DNA of 64,000 nt from an uncultured Bacteroidales bacterium (GCA_964526285.1 CAZGIW010000003.1:8468-72467); one strand, 5' to 3'; counted from the first letter of the stretch, positions 1-10,448 are shown. The notes: generated from the sequence alone by a model not told the origin. Program-made: numbers and translations.

Positions 1-912
1 AACTATTCCTGCTCCATCTGTTCTCCAGTAATCAAAAGTTACAAACAGGGGAGGATCAAGAAGTCCGTTGTAAAAATTCACCCCAACAGCTTCATTATCC
101 TGAACGAGGCAATTGTCAATTTTCGCTCCGTTAAACATGGCTATGCCTGCACCACCATACTTAGCTTTATTATTTTCAACTATACAGTTGTGTAATTCAC
201 CGTTTCCAACAAGAGCCACACCTCCGCCCGCACAATGAACATAATTCTTTTTAGAATTATCTGTGTTTTCAAATCGAATGTTCATGTTGGCAAAACCACC
301 GGTAATAGTAAATCCATCCATAATTGCAATTTCAATCAAAGGGTTGGGTATTTGCACCTGAATACCACTGTAATCAAACGGACCAAATCCGTTTGAACCA
401 AACCATACAACATGATAGCTGGGAGTTTGACTTCCATCAAGTATTGTTACATTTGCAAAATCCCACAAATTTCCTGAAGCAGTCAATTGACGACCACCTG
501 AAACACCAATTTGAGTTGTGCTTTCGGTTCCAGCAAACCCTCCATAAACATTTATGCCAGCATACATTATGAATGATTTGAAGGCGTCTGCTGTTTGTTG
601 TCCATTGGCATCACTCAGACATTCAGTTGGGTAATAAGTGCCAGCGGCAACCCAAACCTCTGCATTTCCAGTTGTAGAGTGTGCTTCATTAATCCCATGC
701 TGAACTGTGGCAAAAGCTGAAGCCCAACTTAATCCATCATTGCTGTCACTTCCATCTGTTTTTACATAATAAACGGTGGTTGTTTTTTCATTTCCACCTG
801 CAATTTCTTTGGTTATTTCAAACGCATAACCATTTGCCATTTGTGTTGTGATTATTACAAGCCAAATAAAGCCTTTTAACAACAACCCTTTTAAACATAG
901 ATTTTTTTTCAT
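1..912 (-). CDS. Secreted right-handed beta-helix (pectin-lyase-fold-like) protein; the C-terminus runs off the window edge.
   Basis: My translation from the ATG at 912-910 is open down to base 1. It reads MKKNLCLKGLLLKGFIWLVIITTQMANG...YYVKTDGSDSNDGLSWASAF...GGFANMNIRFEN..CAGGGVALVGNGELHNCIVENN. It has an N-terminal signal-like segment and beta-helix-type repeats, and it is a paralog of the 6440-7990 product. The ORF track omits it because no stop lies inside the window. Confidence 0.6.
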   Translation of the reverse strand, partial: MKKNLCLKGLLLKGFIWLVIITTQMANGYAFEITKEIAGGNEKTTTVYYVKTDGSDSNDGLSWASAFATVQHGINEAHSTTGNAEVWVAAGTYYPTECLSDANGQQTADAFKSFIMYAGINVYGGFAGTESTTQIGVSGGRQLTASGNLWDFANVTILDGSQTPSYHVVWFGSNGFGPFDYSGIQVQIPNPLIEIAIMDGFTITGGFANMNIRFENTDNSKKNYVHCAGGGVALVGNGELHNCIVENNKAKYGGAGIAMFNGAKIDNCLVQDNEAVGVNFYNGLLDPPLFVTFDYWRTDGAGIV

Positions 913-1089
913 ATATTTTAATTTAAAGTTAATATTCCTGGTCAAATTGTTCAAACAATAAGCTCACTAATTAATTACGCTTTTTATACAACAAAATGCA
1001 AATATATATCATATTTAATTATAATAGCTATTTTTTTTAACAACTTTTTTACAATTAATTCTTTTTTGTGTGTTTTCACAAAAAAAGTT

Positions 1090-1097
1090 TAATTTTG
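1090..1097 (+). promoter_or_regulatory. Bacteroidota-type -7 promoter box (TAnnTTTG).
   Basis: TAATTTTG lies 21 nt upstream of the tRNA-Leu 5' end. Confidence 0.5.
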
Positions 1098-1118
1098 CAA
1101 ACTGCGTTTGTATTCAAT

Positions 1119-1202
1119 GCCCGGGTGGCGGAATTGGTAGACGCGTTGGTCTCAAAAACCAATGAGGGTGACCTCGTGCCGGTTCGATCCCGGCCCCGGG
1201 TA
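1119..1202 (+). tRNA. tRNA-Leu (anticodon CAA), type II with a long variable arm.
   Basis: I folded the cloverleaf by hand. The acceptor is GCCCGGG/CCCGGGT, the anticodon stem is TTGGT/ACCAA with loop CTCAAAA, the variable arm is 15 nt, and the T arm is GCCGG-TTCGATC-CCGGC. Confidence 0.93.
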
Positions 1203-1251
1203 CAAAACATGGCTCCCCTTCATCCTTTGGATTTCGGGGAATGAAAAATGA

Positions 1252-1289
1252 GAATGAGAACATTTGAATGATGTTTCTCATTCTTTTTT
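1252..1289 (+). terminator. Rho-independent terminator after tRNA-Leu.
   Basis: A 12-bp stem (GAATGAGAACAT / ATGTTTCTCATTC, one bulge) with a 7-nt loop is followed by TTTTTT. Confidence 0.6.
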
Positions 1290-1353
1290 ACTTCATTCTG
1301 ATACTCATTCTATAAAAAACCCATTCTGAAATTTAATTTTCAAAAATTCAAAG

Positions 1354-1361
1354 TATCTTTG
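1354..1361 (+). promoter_or_regulatory. -7 promoter box (TAnnTTTG).
   Basis: TATCTTTG lies 22 nt upstream of the ATG at 1384. Confidence 0.45.
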
Positions 1362-1383
1362 AAGCCCCAATAGATTATTCACA

Positions 1384-2106
1384 ATGAAAACGATTAAAAA
1401 TTTCATTCCTAACATTCTTACTCTTTTGAATCTCTCATTCGGTGTGACAGGTATTTTATTCTGGCAGCATGATATTCTTCTTTCTGCAACATGCATATTT
1501 GCAGCCATGGTTTTTGATTTTCTGGATGGTTTTGTAGCCCGCATGATTAACGCCACATCTGAAATTGGCAAACAACTTGACTCACTGGCAGATGTTGTCT
1601 CTTTTGGGGTGTTGCCTGCCTGTATATTATTTGGAGTACTTCATCCTGATTTTTTGTGGATAACGAAAAATGACATCCCTTATACCAGTTTTTTGCTTCT
1701 CGCAATTCCAGTTTGTTCAGCATTGCGTCTGGCCAAGTTTAATCTGGACGAATCCCAGTCATACGGCTTTAAAGGACTCCCCACTCCTGCCAATGCTTTC
1801 TGGATTGCTGCTGTCCCTTTTATTGTTATACAGGCTCCTGAAAACAGTATGGCGTTTCAGCTTTTTTCGGGTCAAATTTCTATTGTCATTTTTGCTCTTG
1901 TGAGCTCTTCCCTTCTGCTTATTCCTGTTCCACTCATGGCGTTGAAGTTTAAAAATTTCCAAATTCAATCCAATCTTTTCCGTTATATATTTATACTCCT
2001 TGCAGTTCTTTTGTTTGTGGTTTTCAAGTGGACTGGTATTCCTATGATAATTGTATCATACATCATTTTATCCCTGATATCAAAATATCTGGTGAAAACC
2101 ACATAA
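1384..2106 (+). CDS. pssA: CDP-alcohol phosphatidyltransferase, probably CDP-diacylglycerol--serine O-phosphatidyltransferase.
   Basis: The CDP-alcohol transferase motif DG(x2)AR(x8)G(x3)D(x3)D is present as DFLDGFVARMINATSEIGKQLDSLADVVSFG. The product is a polytopic membrane protein of 240 aa. Confidence 0.75.
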   Translation: MKTIKNFIPNILTLLNLSFGVTGILFWQHDILLSATCIFAAMVFDFLDGFVARMINATSEIGKQLDSLADVVSFGVLPACILFGVLHPDFLWITKNDIPYTSFLLLAIPVCSALRLAKFNLDESQSYGFKGLPTPANAFWIAAVPFIVIQAPENSMAFQLFSGQISIVIFALVSSSLLLIPVPLMALKFKNFQIQSNLFRYIFILLAVLLFVVFKWTGIPMIIVSYIILSLISKYLVKTT

Positions 2107-2118
2107 AGTATTGAGTGA

Positions 2119-3786
2119 TTATTCTATACCAGCAGCTTCTCTTTTTAAACTTTTTCTTCTGAAAATCAATTTTACAATAACAATAAAAACAACAGCAATG
2201 GATGCAAAGCCAGAAAGGCGTCCCAGATAATCTCCGTATTTTACATACACCGTAAGTTTGTCGTTGGCATTGATTATATTTCTGATGACATGCTTTTCAT
2301 CATAGGGAACTTCCTGAATCACATCTCCTCTTTGATTAATAAACCCTGAAATTCCTGTGTTGGCTGATCGGGCAATACTTCGGCGTGTTTCAATTGCCCT
2401 TAGAGATGCATAGGCAAAATGTTGCCGGTATCCTGGTGTTTCTCCCCACCAACCATCATTTGTCACAATAAAAATCAGTTGTGCTCCTTTTCTGATATAC
2501 CCTGTAACATATTCTCCGAATATGGACTCATAGCAAATAACAGGTGCAACGGGTACTTTTCCATTAATAAAATTCATCGGTTCAGGGCTTGTTGCCTGAC
2601 TTCCTGTAGTTCCTCCCAAATCTATTGCATATTTTTCGAGAAATCTGAACAAATGAGGATAGGGCATACGTTCAACACCAGGAACAAGCTTTGATTTGTG
2701 ATAAAGTCCGATTATTCCCGATGAATCTACCTCAACGGCACTATTAAACGAATCCCACCAATACTCCACATCATATACTGGATTTTTGAAAAATCTTGCT
2801 GTTGCCGTTTTTTTTGTGTCATATATATCGTTCATATTTGCGCCAGAAACAACACGTAAATTTGGATATTGGCTTGTAATTCTGTGTTTTATGCGGTCAA
2901 TATCATAACTATAATCCATTTCACTGATGGTGATTGTTCCGGGGATAGAGGTTTCTGGCCATACAATAAAGTCAGTATTGTTGTCTGTCATTTCAAGAGA
3001 CTGACCAATAAGCAGGTCCTCAAGAATAAGTTCCCAGTTACGTGCATCAAATTTTTCTCCGTATGGATCAACATTCGGTTGAACAACAACAATATCAACA
3101 GGTGCATTTTTTTCATTATATGAATAATACATTATCCATGACAAAATGAGCGGAACAATCAATACGAGCAAGGGCAAAACACTAAACTTACGGATTTTTA
3201 TCATATTCTCCTTATCTATTACCATTTGCAATAGTCTATACCACAACACATTCATTGTGAGTATCCAGATTGTACCTCCCAAAACTCCAGTATATTCATA
3301 CCATTGTATTGATTTCACCACTGAAGCAAAACCATTACCCAGCTGGAGCCAGGGCCATGATAGTTCCCAGTTCAGATGCAAATATTCAAAGGTGACCCAA
3401 TAGATTATCAACACAAAAAAACCTGTTTCATATGGTTTTACGTGATTTCGGGTAAGTATTTTTCTGCAATAATGATAAAACTGAAATACCAGCGCCATAA
3501 ACAAAGCATTGAACATCACTGCCATCGCTGCACCAAAGAAGGTTGAATTATATATCCACCAGGTTGTTAATACATTCCAAACAAAAAATCCGGGATAGGA
3601 ATAGAAAAAAACTGCAAACCGGTTATATTTAGTTCTGAATCGAAAAACCTGATCCTCAACAATCAGAAATGGAATCATTGCAAAAAACAACAAAACGGCC
3701 ATTCCGTTTTGCGGCCATGCTGCACTCATTAATAGTCCTCCTGCTATAGAAAACAACAACACCTGATACTTTTTCAACATTTTCAT
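2119..3786 (-). CDS. lnt: Apolipoprotein N-acyltransferase.
   Basis: The 555-aa product has an N-terminal multi-TM region and a C-terminal CN-hydrolase domain (VWPETS..., APVICYESIFGEY, NDGWWG). Confidence 0.85.
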   Translation of the reverse strand: MKMLKKYQVLLFSIAGGLLMSAAWPQNGMAVLLFFAMIPFLIVEDQVFRFRTKYNRFAVFFYSYPGFFVWNVLTTWWIYNSTFFGAAMAVMFNALFMALVFQFYHYCRKILTRNHVKPYETGFFVLIIYWVTFEYLHLNWELSWPWLQLGNGFASVVKSIQWYEYTGVLGGTIWILTMNVLWYRLLQMVIDKENMIKIRKFSVLPLLVLIVPLILSWIMYYSYNEKNAPVDIVVVQPNVDPYGEKFDARNWELILEDLLIGQSLEMTDNNTDFIVWPETSIPGTITISEMDYSYDIDRIKHRITSQYPNLRVVSGANMNDIYDTKKTATARFFKNPVYDVEYWWDSFNSAVEVDSSGIIGLYHKSKLVPGVERMPYPHLFRFLEKYAIDLGGTTGSQATSPEPMNFINGKVPVAPVICYESIFGEYVTGYIRKGAQLIFIVTNDGWWGETPGYRQHFAYASLRAIETRRSIARSANTGISGFINQRGDVIQEVPYDEKHVIRNIINANDKLTVYVKYGDYLGRLSGFASIAVVFIVIVKLIFRRKSLKREAAGIE

Positions 3787-3945
3787 GATATGGGTTCATT
3801 TTGATGCGAAATTATTAAAACTTCGCCAACCAAACATGTTTTTTACTTTATGTATGTTCAGTTTTTTTATTAAACAGTTACAGTTTAGTAGAAAAGAGGT
3901 GTTTTTTTGGACATTATCAACCATTGCCAATAATTATGATTTCTG

Positions 3946-3953
3946 TATCTTTG
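3946..3953 (+). promoter_or_regulatory. -7 promoter box (TAnnTTTG).
   Basis: TATCTTTG lies 16 nt upstream of the mutS2 ATG. Confidence 0.45.
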
Positions 3954-3969
3954 CAAAAAGAAAAATCTG

Positions 3970-6414
3970 ATGAAAAACAAGGAGGAGGTAGCATTTTTTC
4001 CTGAACAATTTCTTTTACTTTCTGATCTTGAAACTGTGTTTCACACCATAGCTTCTTATTGCCGTTCATCAGCAGGAAAAGAAGACTGTATAAACATTCA
4101 GGTTTACTCAGACATCAATTCTATTTCCCAAATTCAGACTCCTGTTAAAGAATCTCTAAATATTTTGCTTTCCGGCAAAGCGTTTCCTGACACTGAATTT
4201 TCTGACAACAGAGAATCATTATCTTTGTTGAAAACCCCAGGGTGGGTGGCTGAACTGACTGACATTTTTGAGCTTGGCAAAGTTTTGAAAACAATGCAAA
4301 AATTAGTTCTTTTTGCCCAAGAACACCCAAACAGTAGTGTACTTCAACAAATTATTTTTGAAACAGTTTTTCATCAACACCTTATTCAAACATTGTTCTC
4401 TGTAATTGATGATACCGGAATCATTCGTGATGATGCCTCAGACGAATTGTTCCGTCTGAAGAAGGAGTATCTGCGTTTTTCCAGAGACATTGAAAAGCGC
4501 CTGAACAGTATTTTTAAAGAATTGAAACTATCCGGCCTTGTTGTTGAAGATTCAAAAATGACAATTCGAAACGGAAGAAATGTAATTCCTGTTCCTGCTA
4601 ATTTTAAGTATAAAATTAAAGGAATAATTCATGATGAATCAGCGACAGGACAAACAGCATATGTTGAGCCTATGGAGATTGTAGAAATGGGAAACAAGAT
4701 GCGTGAAAATCTGTCAGCTCAGCAAAGGGAAGTCCGCAGAATTCTTGCTGAAATTTCTGATATCTTGCGTTTTCATATTGATGACATTCTTAATTACTAT
4801 GAAATTCTTAAGAAAATTGATGTTTGTTTTGCCAAAGCACGATTTGGCGCTGCCATAAATGGAATTATCCCTAATCCTGAGCCTTTTCCTCTTATTGACT
4901 GGAAAAATGCACGAAACATTGTTTTACATTCTCACCTGCAAAAACAAGGAAAAACGCTTGTCCCTCTTGAAATTTCAATGGGACAACAAAACAGACTCAT
5001 TGTCCTTTCGGGCGCAAATGCAGGAGGAAAATCTCTTGTAATAAAAACAGTTGCACTTATTCAGGCGATGATACAATGCGGACTTCCTGTTCCTGTTGAC
5101 GAAAATTCAAAAACCGGAGTGTTTTCTTTATTGTTTCTTGATATTGGGGATGGCCAGTCCATTGAGTCGGATTTGAGCACATACTCCTCCCATCTTGAAA
5201 CCATGAAAGTGTTTCTGAACAAAGTTGATGACAAAAGTTTGTATCTGATTGATGAAATCGGATCGGGAACAGATCCTGTGCTTGGAGGTTCTCTGGCACA
5301 GGCAATACTTATGAAATTACATAGTGAAGGTGCTTTCGGAATTGTGACAACACATCTTGATGTGCTGAAAAAAATGGCTGATGAAATGCCCGAAGCTTCC
5401 AATGCCGCAATGATATTTAATACCGAAAAACTTCAACCAACCTATACGTTAAGACCCGGAATTCCCGGAAATTCATTCACCTTTGAAATCGCTGCCAGAA
5501 CAGGAATTCCAGGCAAGATTATTGAACAGGCACAACACTTTGCAGGCGATGAACGAATTACTTTTGAACAAAAAATATCAGATGTGGAGCAAAAAGCAAT
5601 TGAACTGCAGGAAATTATTACAAAGCACAAAATTGCTGAAGAATTTCTTGATGAAACCATAAAAAAATACTCTGCACTTATTGAAAAGATTGAAAATCAA
5701 CAAAGAGAAATAATTGAAAAATCAAAACAAGAAGCGCTTGATTTATTGAATAATGCTAATTCCACAATTGAAAACACAATTCGAGTTATTAAAGAATCAG
5801 CTGCAGACAAAGAAATTACAAAAACAGCAAGAAAGGAAATTGAAGCCACAAAACAAGAGATTCAACAACACACTCCTTCAAAAAAAATCTCTGAAAAACT
5901 AAAAAACCCCATTCCTGTTTCAAAAACCGAGAAGAGTGATAAAATAATTTCTGTTGAATTGAAACAGGGCACCCCAATTATTCATAAACACAACCAAAGC
6001 GAGGGTGTCATACTGGAAGTATTAAGCAGCAATAAACTTAAAGTAGCATTCAATAATGTCAGTGTAATTATGAACACCTCTGATGTGATTCCTGTCAAAG
6101 AGAAAACATCTGCTGCTTCAAAAGTAAATATCCGATTAGAGGGAGAGCTGAATAAGAAAACAGGAAATTTTGCAAGACAAATTGACATGAGAGGCTTCAA
6201 GGCCGAAGAAGTGATGGCAGTTCTTGAAAAACATATTGACGATGGGTTGCTTATTGGTGTTTATGATTTTTCCATACTTCACGGAAAAGGAAACGGTGTT
6301 TTGAGAAACGTGGTAAGACAACTTCTTTCAAAACACCCTAACGTGGAGTCATTTGAAAGTGAGCACATTGAAAGAGGAGGAGATGGTATTACCCTTGTAA
6401 AACTAATAAAATAA
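3970..6414 (+). CDS. mutS2: Endonuclease MutS2 (MutS ATPase with a C-terminal Smr domain).
   Basis: The 814-aa product has Walker A GANAGGKS, a DEIGSGTDP motif, a long coiled-coil linker and a C-terminal Smr domain (IDMRGFKAEE...ILHGKGNGVLR). Confidence 0.9.
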   Translation: MKNKEEVAFFPEQFLLLSDLETVFHTIASYCRSSAGKEDCINIQVYSDINSISQIQTPVKESLNILLSGKAFPDTEFSDNRESLSLLKTPGWVAELTDIFELGKVLKTMQKLVLFAQEHPNSSVLQQIIFETVFHQHLIQTLFSVIDDTGIIRDDASDELFRLKKEYLRFSRDIEKRLNSIFKELKLSGLVVEDSKMTIRNGRNVIPVPANFKYKIKGIIHDESATGQTAYVEPMEIVEMGNKMRENLSAQQREVRRILAEISDILRFHIDDILNYYEILKKIDVCFAKARFGAAINGIIPNPEPFPLIDWKNARNIVLHSHLQKQGKTLVPLEISMGQQNRLIVLSGANAGGKSLVIKTVALIQAMIQCGLPVPVDENSKTGVFSLLFLDIGDGQSIESDLSTYSSHLETMKVFLNKVDDKSLYLIDEIGSGTDPVLGGSLAQAILMKLHSEGAFGIVTTHLDVLKKMADEMPEASNAAMIFNTEKLQPTYTLRPGIPGNSFTFEIAARTGIPGKIIEQAQHFAGDERITFEQKISDVEQKAIELQEIITKHKIAEEFLDETIKKYSALIEKIENQQREIIEKSKQEALDLLNNANSTIENTIRVIKESAADKEITKTARKEIEATKQEIQQHTPSKKISEKLKNPIPVSKTEKSDKIISVELKQGTPIIHKHNQSEGVILEVLSSNKLKVAFNNVSVIMNTSDVIPVKEKTSAASKVNIRLEGELNKKTGNFARQIDMRGFKAEEVMAVLEKHIDDGLLIGVYDFSILHGKGNGVLRNVVRQLLSKHPNVESFESEHIERGGDGITLVKLIK

Positions 6415-6439
6415 GAAACTTAAGAATTCAACAGATATT

Positions 6440-7990
6440 ATGAAAATCCACATTCAAACAACCTTCTTGATTCTGTTGATTTGCTTTTCAAATGCAACAG
6501 CAACCAATTATTATATTTCTCCCTCCGGATCAGACAGCAATGATGGTCTTTCAGAATCAACACCTTTTAAAAGTATTCAGAAAGCGGCAGATATTGTTTT
6601 GCCGGGAGATACTGTATTAATTATGAACGGAATATTCACCAATGATGCACCCGAAGGGTCTGTTGCAACAATAACCAGATCAGGGAATAATCAAAATTAT
6701 ATTGTATTTAAAAATTATCCCGGACACAGTCCTGAACTAAAATTTAACGGTTGGTGGGGCATACTCATTGACGGGGCTTCATATATCGTTATTGAAGGTC
6801 TACGTATTGAAGGCAACAACGCAAACATATCTCTTGCCTATGCAGAATCAGAAGGCACAAACCTAAACAACCCACTTACAAGCGGAAGCGGTATTGGCAT
6901 GCTTTTCAATCAGGCTGATTCATTGTTTCCAACAAACATCTTCATTCGCAACAATACGATTTTCAATTGCGGGCAATATGCAATCTATTCTTTATATGCG
7001 GATTGGGTCACCATTGAAGGAAACGAGATTTTCAACAATTGTTTTTATTCTCCCCTGAATCCTTCGGCCATTACACAATATAGGCCAGTGAACTCCGATA
7101 CAGACATCAGGCACAAAATGAAAATCACCGGTAATAGAATATATAACAATCAAAACCTCATCCCCTTATGGAGCATGGGTGAATTTGTCGGGGGACATGC
7201 AGTTCACATCAACAACTCATTTGACGGCGGGTTGCCCATTTGTGTTTATACAGGGCGAAGCCTTGTTGCCAATAACATTATTTTTAATAACGGAGGTTCG
7301 GCTTTAAAAGTTGAAGCGTCATATTTTGTTCATATTTCACACAATACACTGGTTTCAAATTCAGCACATGAAAGTTTGACTCTTGCAGAAATCAGTATCA
7401 CCTACTGCTACAACTCCACTGCATTAAACAATATAATATTTGCTTCAGAATCATCTGGAGTTATTTATTCAGCAGTAAACACAGGGTGTTCTGGTAATGC
7501 AAATCTTTACAACTCCGCATGGACAAATGATTTGCCGGGTCCTGATGATGTCCTTACCAATGATCCGGGATTTACATTTCTTTCAATTGATCCGTTCAAT
7601 GCAGATTTTTCCCTGCTTTCTTCAAGTCTGGCAATTGATGCAGGCATAATAGATTCATTGGTTGTAAATGATTTTGCAGGAACCTCACGTCCAATTGGAA
7701 CGTCAAGTGATATTGGAGCCTATGAGTTTGACCCGTTTCAATATACAGAAGAAATTTATCCTACAACCAATGAACCAGTGATTTTTCAGGAAGGAGACAA
7801 CATTTCTGTAACATTTGACAAGCCCCTGGTTATGGTTTCAGTTTTTGATTCCACAGGAAAACTGTGTTTTTTGTTTAAGGGCAGAGAACAACATATTAAA
7901 ATACGTATTTATGATTTTCCCACAGGAATTTATTTCTTTCATCTACATACTGAAACAGACAAATATGTAAGAAAGTTCTTTGTTCCTTAA
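6440..7990 (+). CDS. Secreted right-handed parallel beta-helix repeat protein with a degenerate T9SS-like C-terminal domain.
   Basis: It has a signal peptide, YYISPSGSDSNDGLSESTPFKSIQKAAD, and repeated N-rich beta-helix turns (IRNNTIFNCG, GNEIFNN, ANNIIFNNGG). The C-terminal ~70 aa form a beta-sandwich-like tail. Confidence 0.65.
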   Translation: MKIHIQTTFLILLICFSNATATNYYISPSGSDSNDGLSESTPFKSIQKAADIVLPGDTVLIMNGIFTNDAPEGSVATITRSGNNQNYIVFKNYPGHSPELKFNGWWGILIDGASYIVIEGLRIEGNNANISLAYAESEGTNLNNPLTSGSGIGMLFNQADSLFPTNIFIRNNTIFNCGQYAIYSLYADWVTIEGNEIFNNCFYSPLNPSAITQYRPVNSDTDIRHKMKITGNRIYNNQNLIPLWSMGEFVGGHAVHINNSFDGGLPICVYTGRSLVANNIIFNNGGSALKVEASYFVHISHNTLVSNSAHESLTLAEISITYCYNSTALNNIIFASESSGVIYSAVNTGCSGNANLYNSAWTNDLPGPDDVLTNDPGFTFLSIDPFNADFSLLSSSLAIDAGIIDSLVVNDFAGTSRPIGTSSDIGAYEFDPFQYTEEIYPTTNEPVIFQEGDNISVTFDKPLVMVSVFDSTGKLCFLFKGREQHIKIRIYDFPTGIYFFHLHTETDKYVRKFFVP

Positions 7991-8030
7991 AAAAAAATAC
8001 TGCAAATATTTAACTTGTATAAAAAATATG

Positions 8031-8038
8031 TACTTTTG
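8031..8038 (+). promoter_or_regulatory. -7 promoter box (TAnnTTTG).
   Basis: TACTTTTG lies 47 nt upstream of the ATG at 8086. Confidence 0.4.
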
Positions 8039-8085
8039 TATCGAAATTAACAATAAAAATAATAACCCTATTTAAAACAGAAATT

Positions 8086-8661
8086 ATGAACAAATTGAAC
8101 AAAATTTTAGTAATTATGCTGGTTGCACTAATGGCAATACCAACATTAAATTCATGCACAAAAAAAGGCGAAGAAGATCCTGGTCTCAGCCTTAAATCAA
8201 GAAAATCACGTCTTGCTGGCGAATGGACTTTAACTTCAGGCTCTGTAATGATGACATCTGGCGGAAGCACATATTCGGTAACTTTCTCCAGCGGAATGGC
8301 TACCTATACTTTTATGGGAAATTCCACTACTGTTATGTATTCAGAAACTGTAACTTACGGAAAAGATAACACATTTAAAGCTGTCGTGATAGATGACGGA
8401 GACATGACCACTACAGAAGGTTTCTGGGCTTTTATGGGTGCCTATGACGAAGTAAAAAAAGAAGAATGCGTTGTAACAAGAACCAAATCACAAATGTCTT
8501 CTGGTGGAATCACTGTTTACACTGGCGAAGAAATGCCAACAGGTGTATTCAGGTTTAAAAGACTGAGTTCAAAAGATGCGATTATTATCCTTGACGGAAC
8601 AGAAGTGGATGATGGAGATTTATGGTCTATTACAGGAGAACTAACATATACCAAAAAATAA
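8086..8661 (+). CDS. Hypothetical lipoprotein.
   Basis: A signal peptide with a lipobox-like LNSC is followed by a Thr/Gly-rich beta-type sequence. I recognise no family. Confidence 0.5.
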   Translation: MNKLNKILVIMLVALMAIPTLNSCTKKGEEDPGLSLKSRKSRLAGEWTLTSGSVMMTSGGSTYSVTFSSGMATYTFMGNSTTVMYSETVTYGKDNTFKAVVIDDGDMTTTEGFWAFMGAYDEVKKEECVVTRTKSQMSSGGITVYTGEEMPTGVFRFKRLSSKDAIIILDGTEVDDGDLWSITGELTYTKK

Positions 8662-8675
8662 TATTTTTTCTTTTC

Positions 8676-8711
8676 AAAAAAAGGGTTCCGTTTCGAGAAC
8701 CCTTTTTTTTT
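8676..8711 (+). terminator. Rho-independent terminator.
   Basis: The stem AAGGGTTC / GAACCCTT with an 8-nt loop is followed by a 9-T run. Confidence 0.75.
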
Positions 8712-8766
8712 GGGTGTTAATTTTTTGTTTATTTTTACACCTTTAAACAAACAAAACCGAAACAAA

Positions 8767-10362
8767 ATGAAACGTATAATTTTTATTGTGAGTATTGCGC
8801 TTTTCAGTTTTTCTGTGTTTTCACAACAAAAGACAAAACTTGCTGAAATCCAGTGGGGTCAACAATTTAAAATCGGGAAACGATTTGTGTTTTTTGACAT
8901 TATTACCATTGATGAGCAGAACAATATTCATGTGTTGTATAAGCAATATTCCGGTTTTATGGGGTTAAACGCAAAATTTCATGTGGCAAAAATCAGTAGT
9001 GATTTAAAGTATAGTCCATACAAAGAGTTAAATCTTGAAGTTGAAGGCAATCCCAATCAACTTATGGATATTGTTGAAATTGGAGGCAATGTTTATGTGT
9101 TTTCTTCCTTTGAGAACACAAAAACCAAAGAAACAAAAATGTATTTGCACCACTACAATGTTAAAACCCAAACTGTTTCTGATGGAAGGGAAATTGCCAA
9201 ACTCAGCTGGGAAGGCTTTAAGAGAAGACATTCAGGTTCTTTTCATATAACATATTCTTATGACAGAAACTCAGTACTTGTTTATTATGACCTGCCATAT
9301 GAAGAGGGGAAAAACGAAAAATTCGGAGCCATAATTTTCAATAATCAAATGGAAATTCTCTGGCGGAATGAATTTGTGTTGCCATACAACGATGAAATGT
9401 TTCACATTGAGGACGTATATCTGGGAGACAATGCCGAAATTTTTATCATTGGGAAAAAATTTCTGGAAACTGATTCGAGAAAAAAACGTGACCCAAGATA
9501 TTACAATTATGTTCTTTTGAGCACCTCTGACCAGGGCAATGACCTGACACAACATGATATTATGCTGAAGGACTATTATATCTCTCAGCTTACTGCAGCC
9601 ATGAACCCCAACAATGACATCATTTGTTCGGGCTTCATCACAGAAAAGCAAAAAAGTTCGTCCATTGCAGGAGTATTTTACATCCTGATTGATGACAAAA
9701 CTAAAGAAATTGAAATTGAGACTGTTAAACCTTTTGACTTTGATTTTATAATCCAGGATATGTCAGAGAAACAGCAAAAAAAGACACAGAAAAAAGCTGA
9801 AAAAGGAAAAGACATAGAGCTCCCTTACTTTGAATTTCGTGACATCGTGGTAAAAGAAAATGGCGGAGCAATGATTACTGCCGAAAAGTTTTACATTAAA
9901 GTTGTTACCAGAACAGATCCAAGAACAGGGGCAACCTCAACAACAACATATTATTATTATCAGGACATCATTGTCATTGATTTCAATCCTGAAGGAGAAC
10001 TGAATTACGCCATCAAGATACCAAAAAGACAATATTCAACTGATGATGGTGGTTTTTGGTCTTCTTATGTGATGGGCGTTCACGAAGACAAAGTACATTT
10101 TATATATAACGACAACACGCTGAATATTAACAAAAAATCAGGACCCCAGGCCAGTGTTCAAACCAGAGGAAAAAAGAATATTTCTGCAGTTTTGGTAACA
10201 ATTTTTCCCGATGGCGAATGGAATAAGGAATTACTTTACAACTACAAAGAGGCTGGATATAATCTGGCACCAAAATACAGTATGCAGTTAAGTGCAAACG
10301 AAGTACTTCTTTACTGCAACTCAAAAGGGGTTAACAAATTCGGAATTGTAGAGTTTAAGTAA
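8767..10362 (+). CDS. Hypothetical secreted protein.
   Basis: I moved the start from the track's 8710, which lies inside the upstream terminator, to the ATG at 8767. That start gives a canonical signal peptide, MKRIIFIVSIALFSFSVFSQQ. I recognise no family. Confidence 0.5.
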   Translation: MKRIIFIVSIALFSFSVFSQQKTKLAEIQWGQQFKIGKRFVFFDIITIDEQNNIHVLYKQYSGFMGLNAKFHVAKISSDLKYSPYKELNLEVEGNPNQLMDIVEIGGNVYVFSSFENTKTKETKMYLHHYNVKTQTVSDGREIAKLSWEGFKRRHSGSFHITYSYDRNSVLVYYDLPYEEGKNEKFGAIIFNNQMEILWRNEFVLPYNDEMFHIEDVYLGDNAEIFIIGKKFLETDSRKKRDPRYYNYVLLSTSDQGNDLTQHDIMLKDYYISQLTAAMNPNNDIICSGFITEKQKSSSIAGVFYILIDDKTKEIEIETVKPFDFDFIIQDMSEKQQKKTQKKAEKGKDIELPYFEFRDIVVKENGGAMITAEKFYIKVVTRTDPRTGATSTTTYYYYQDIIVIDFNPEGELNYAIKIPKRQYSTDDGGFWSSYVMGVHEDKVHFIYNDNTLNINKKSGPQASVQTRGKKNISAVLVTIFPDGEWNKELLYNYKEAGYNLAPKYSMQLSANEVLLYCNSKGVNKFGIVEFK

Positions 10363-10395
10363 TCCAATATTTCAGCAACGAATAAAACTTCATAA

Positions 10396-10431
10396 CAAAA
10401 AAAAGAGACAAAATTTTGTCTCTTTTTTTTG
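10396..10431. terminator. Bidirectional terminator between convergent genes.
   Basis: The perfect palindrome GAGACAAAA/TTTTGTCTC is flanked by an A-run upstream and a T-run downstream. Confidence 0.75.
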
Positions 10432-10448
10432 TATTTCTGATTGTTTGT

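Noticed and set aside
8710-8766. The upstream start of the track ORF 8710-10362.
   Set aside because: That start lies inside the T-run of the preceding terminator. The ATG at 8767 gives a canonical signal peptide.
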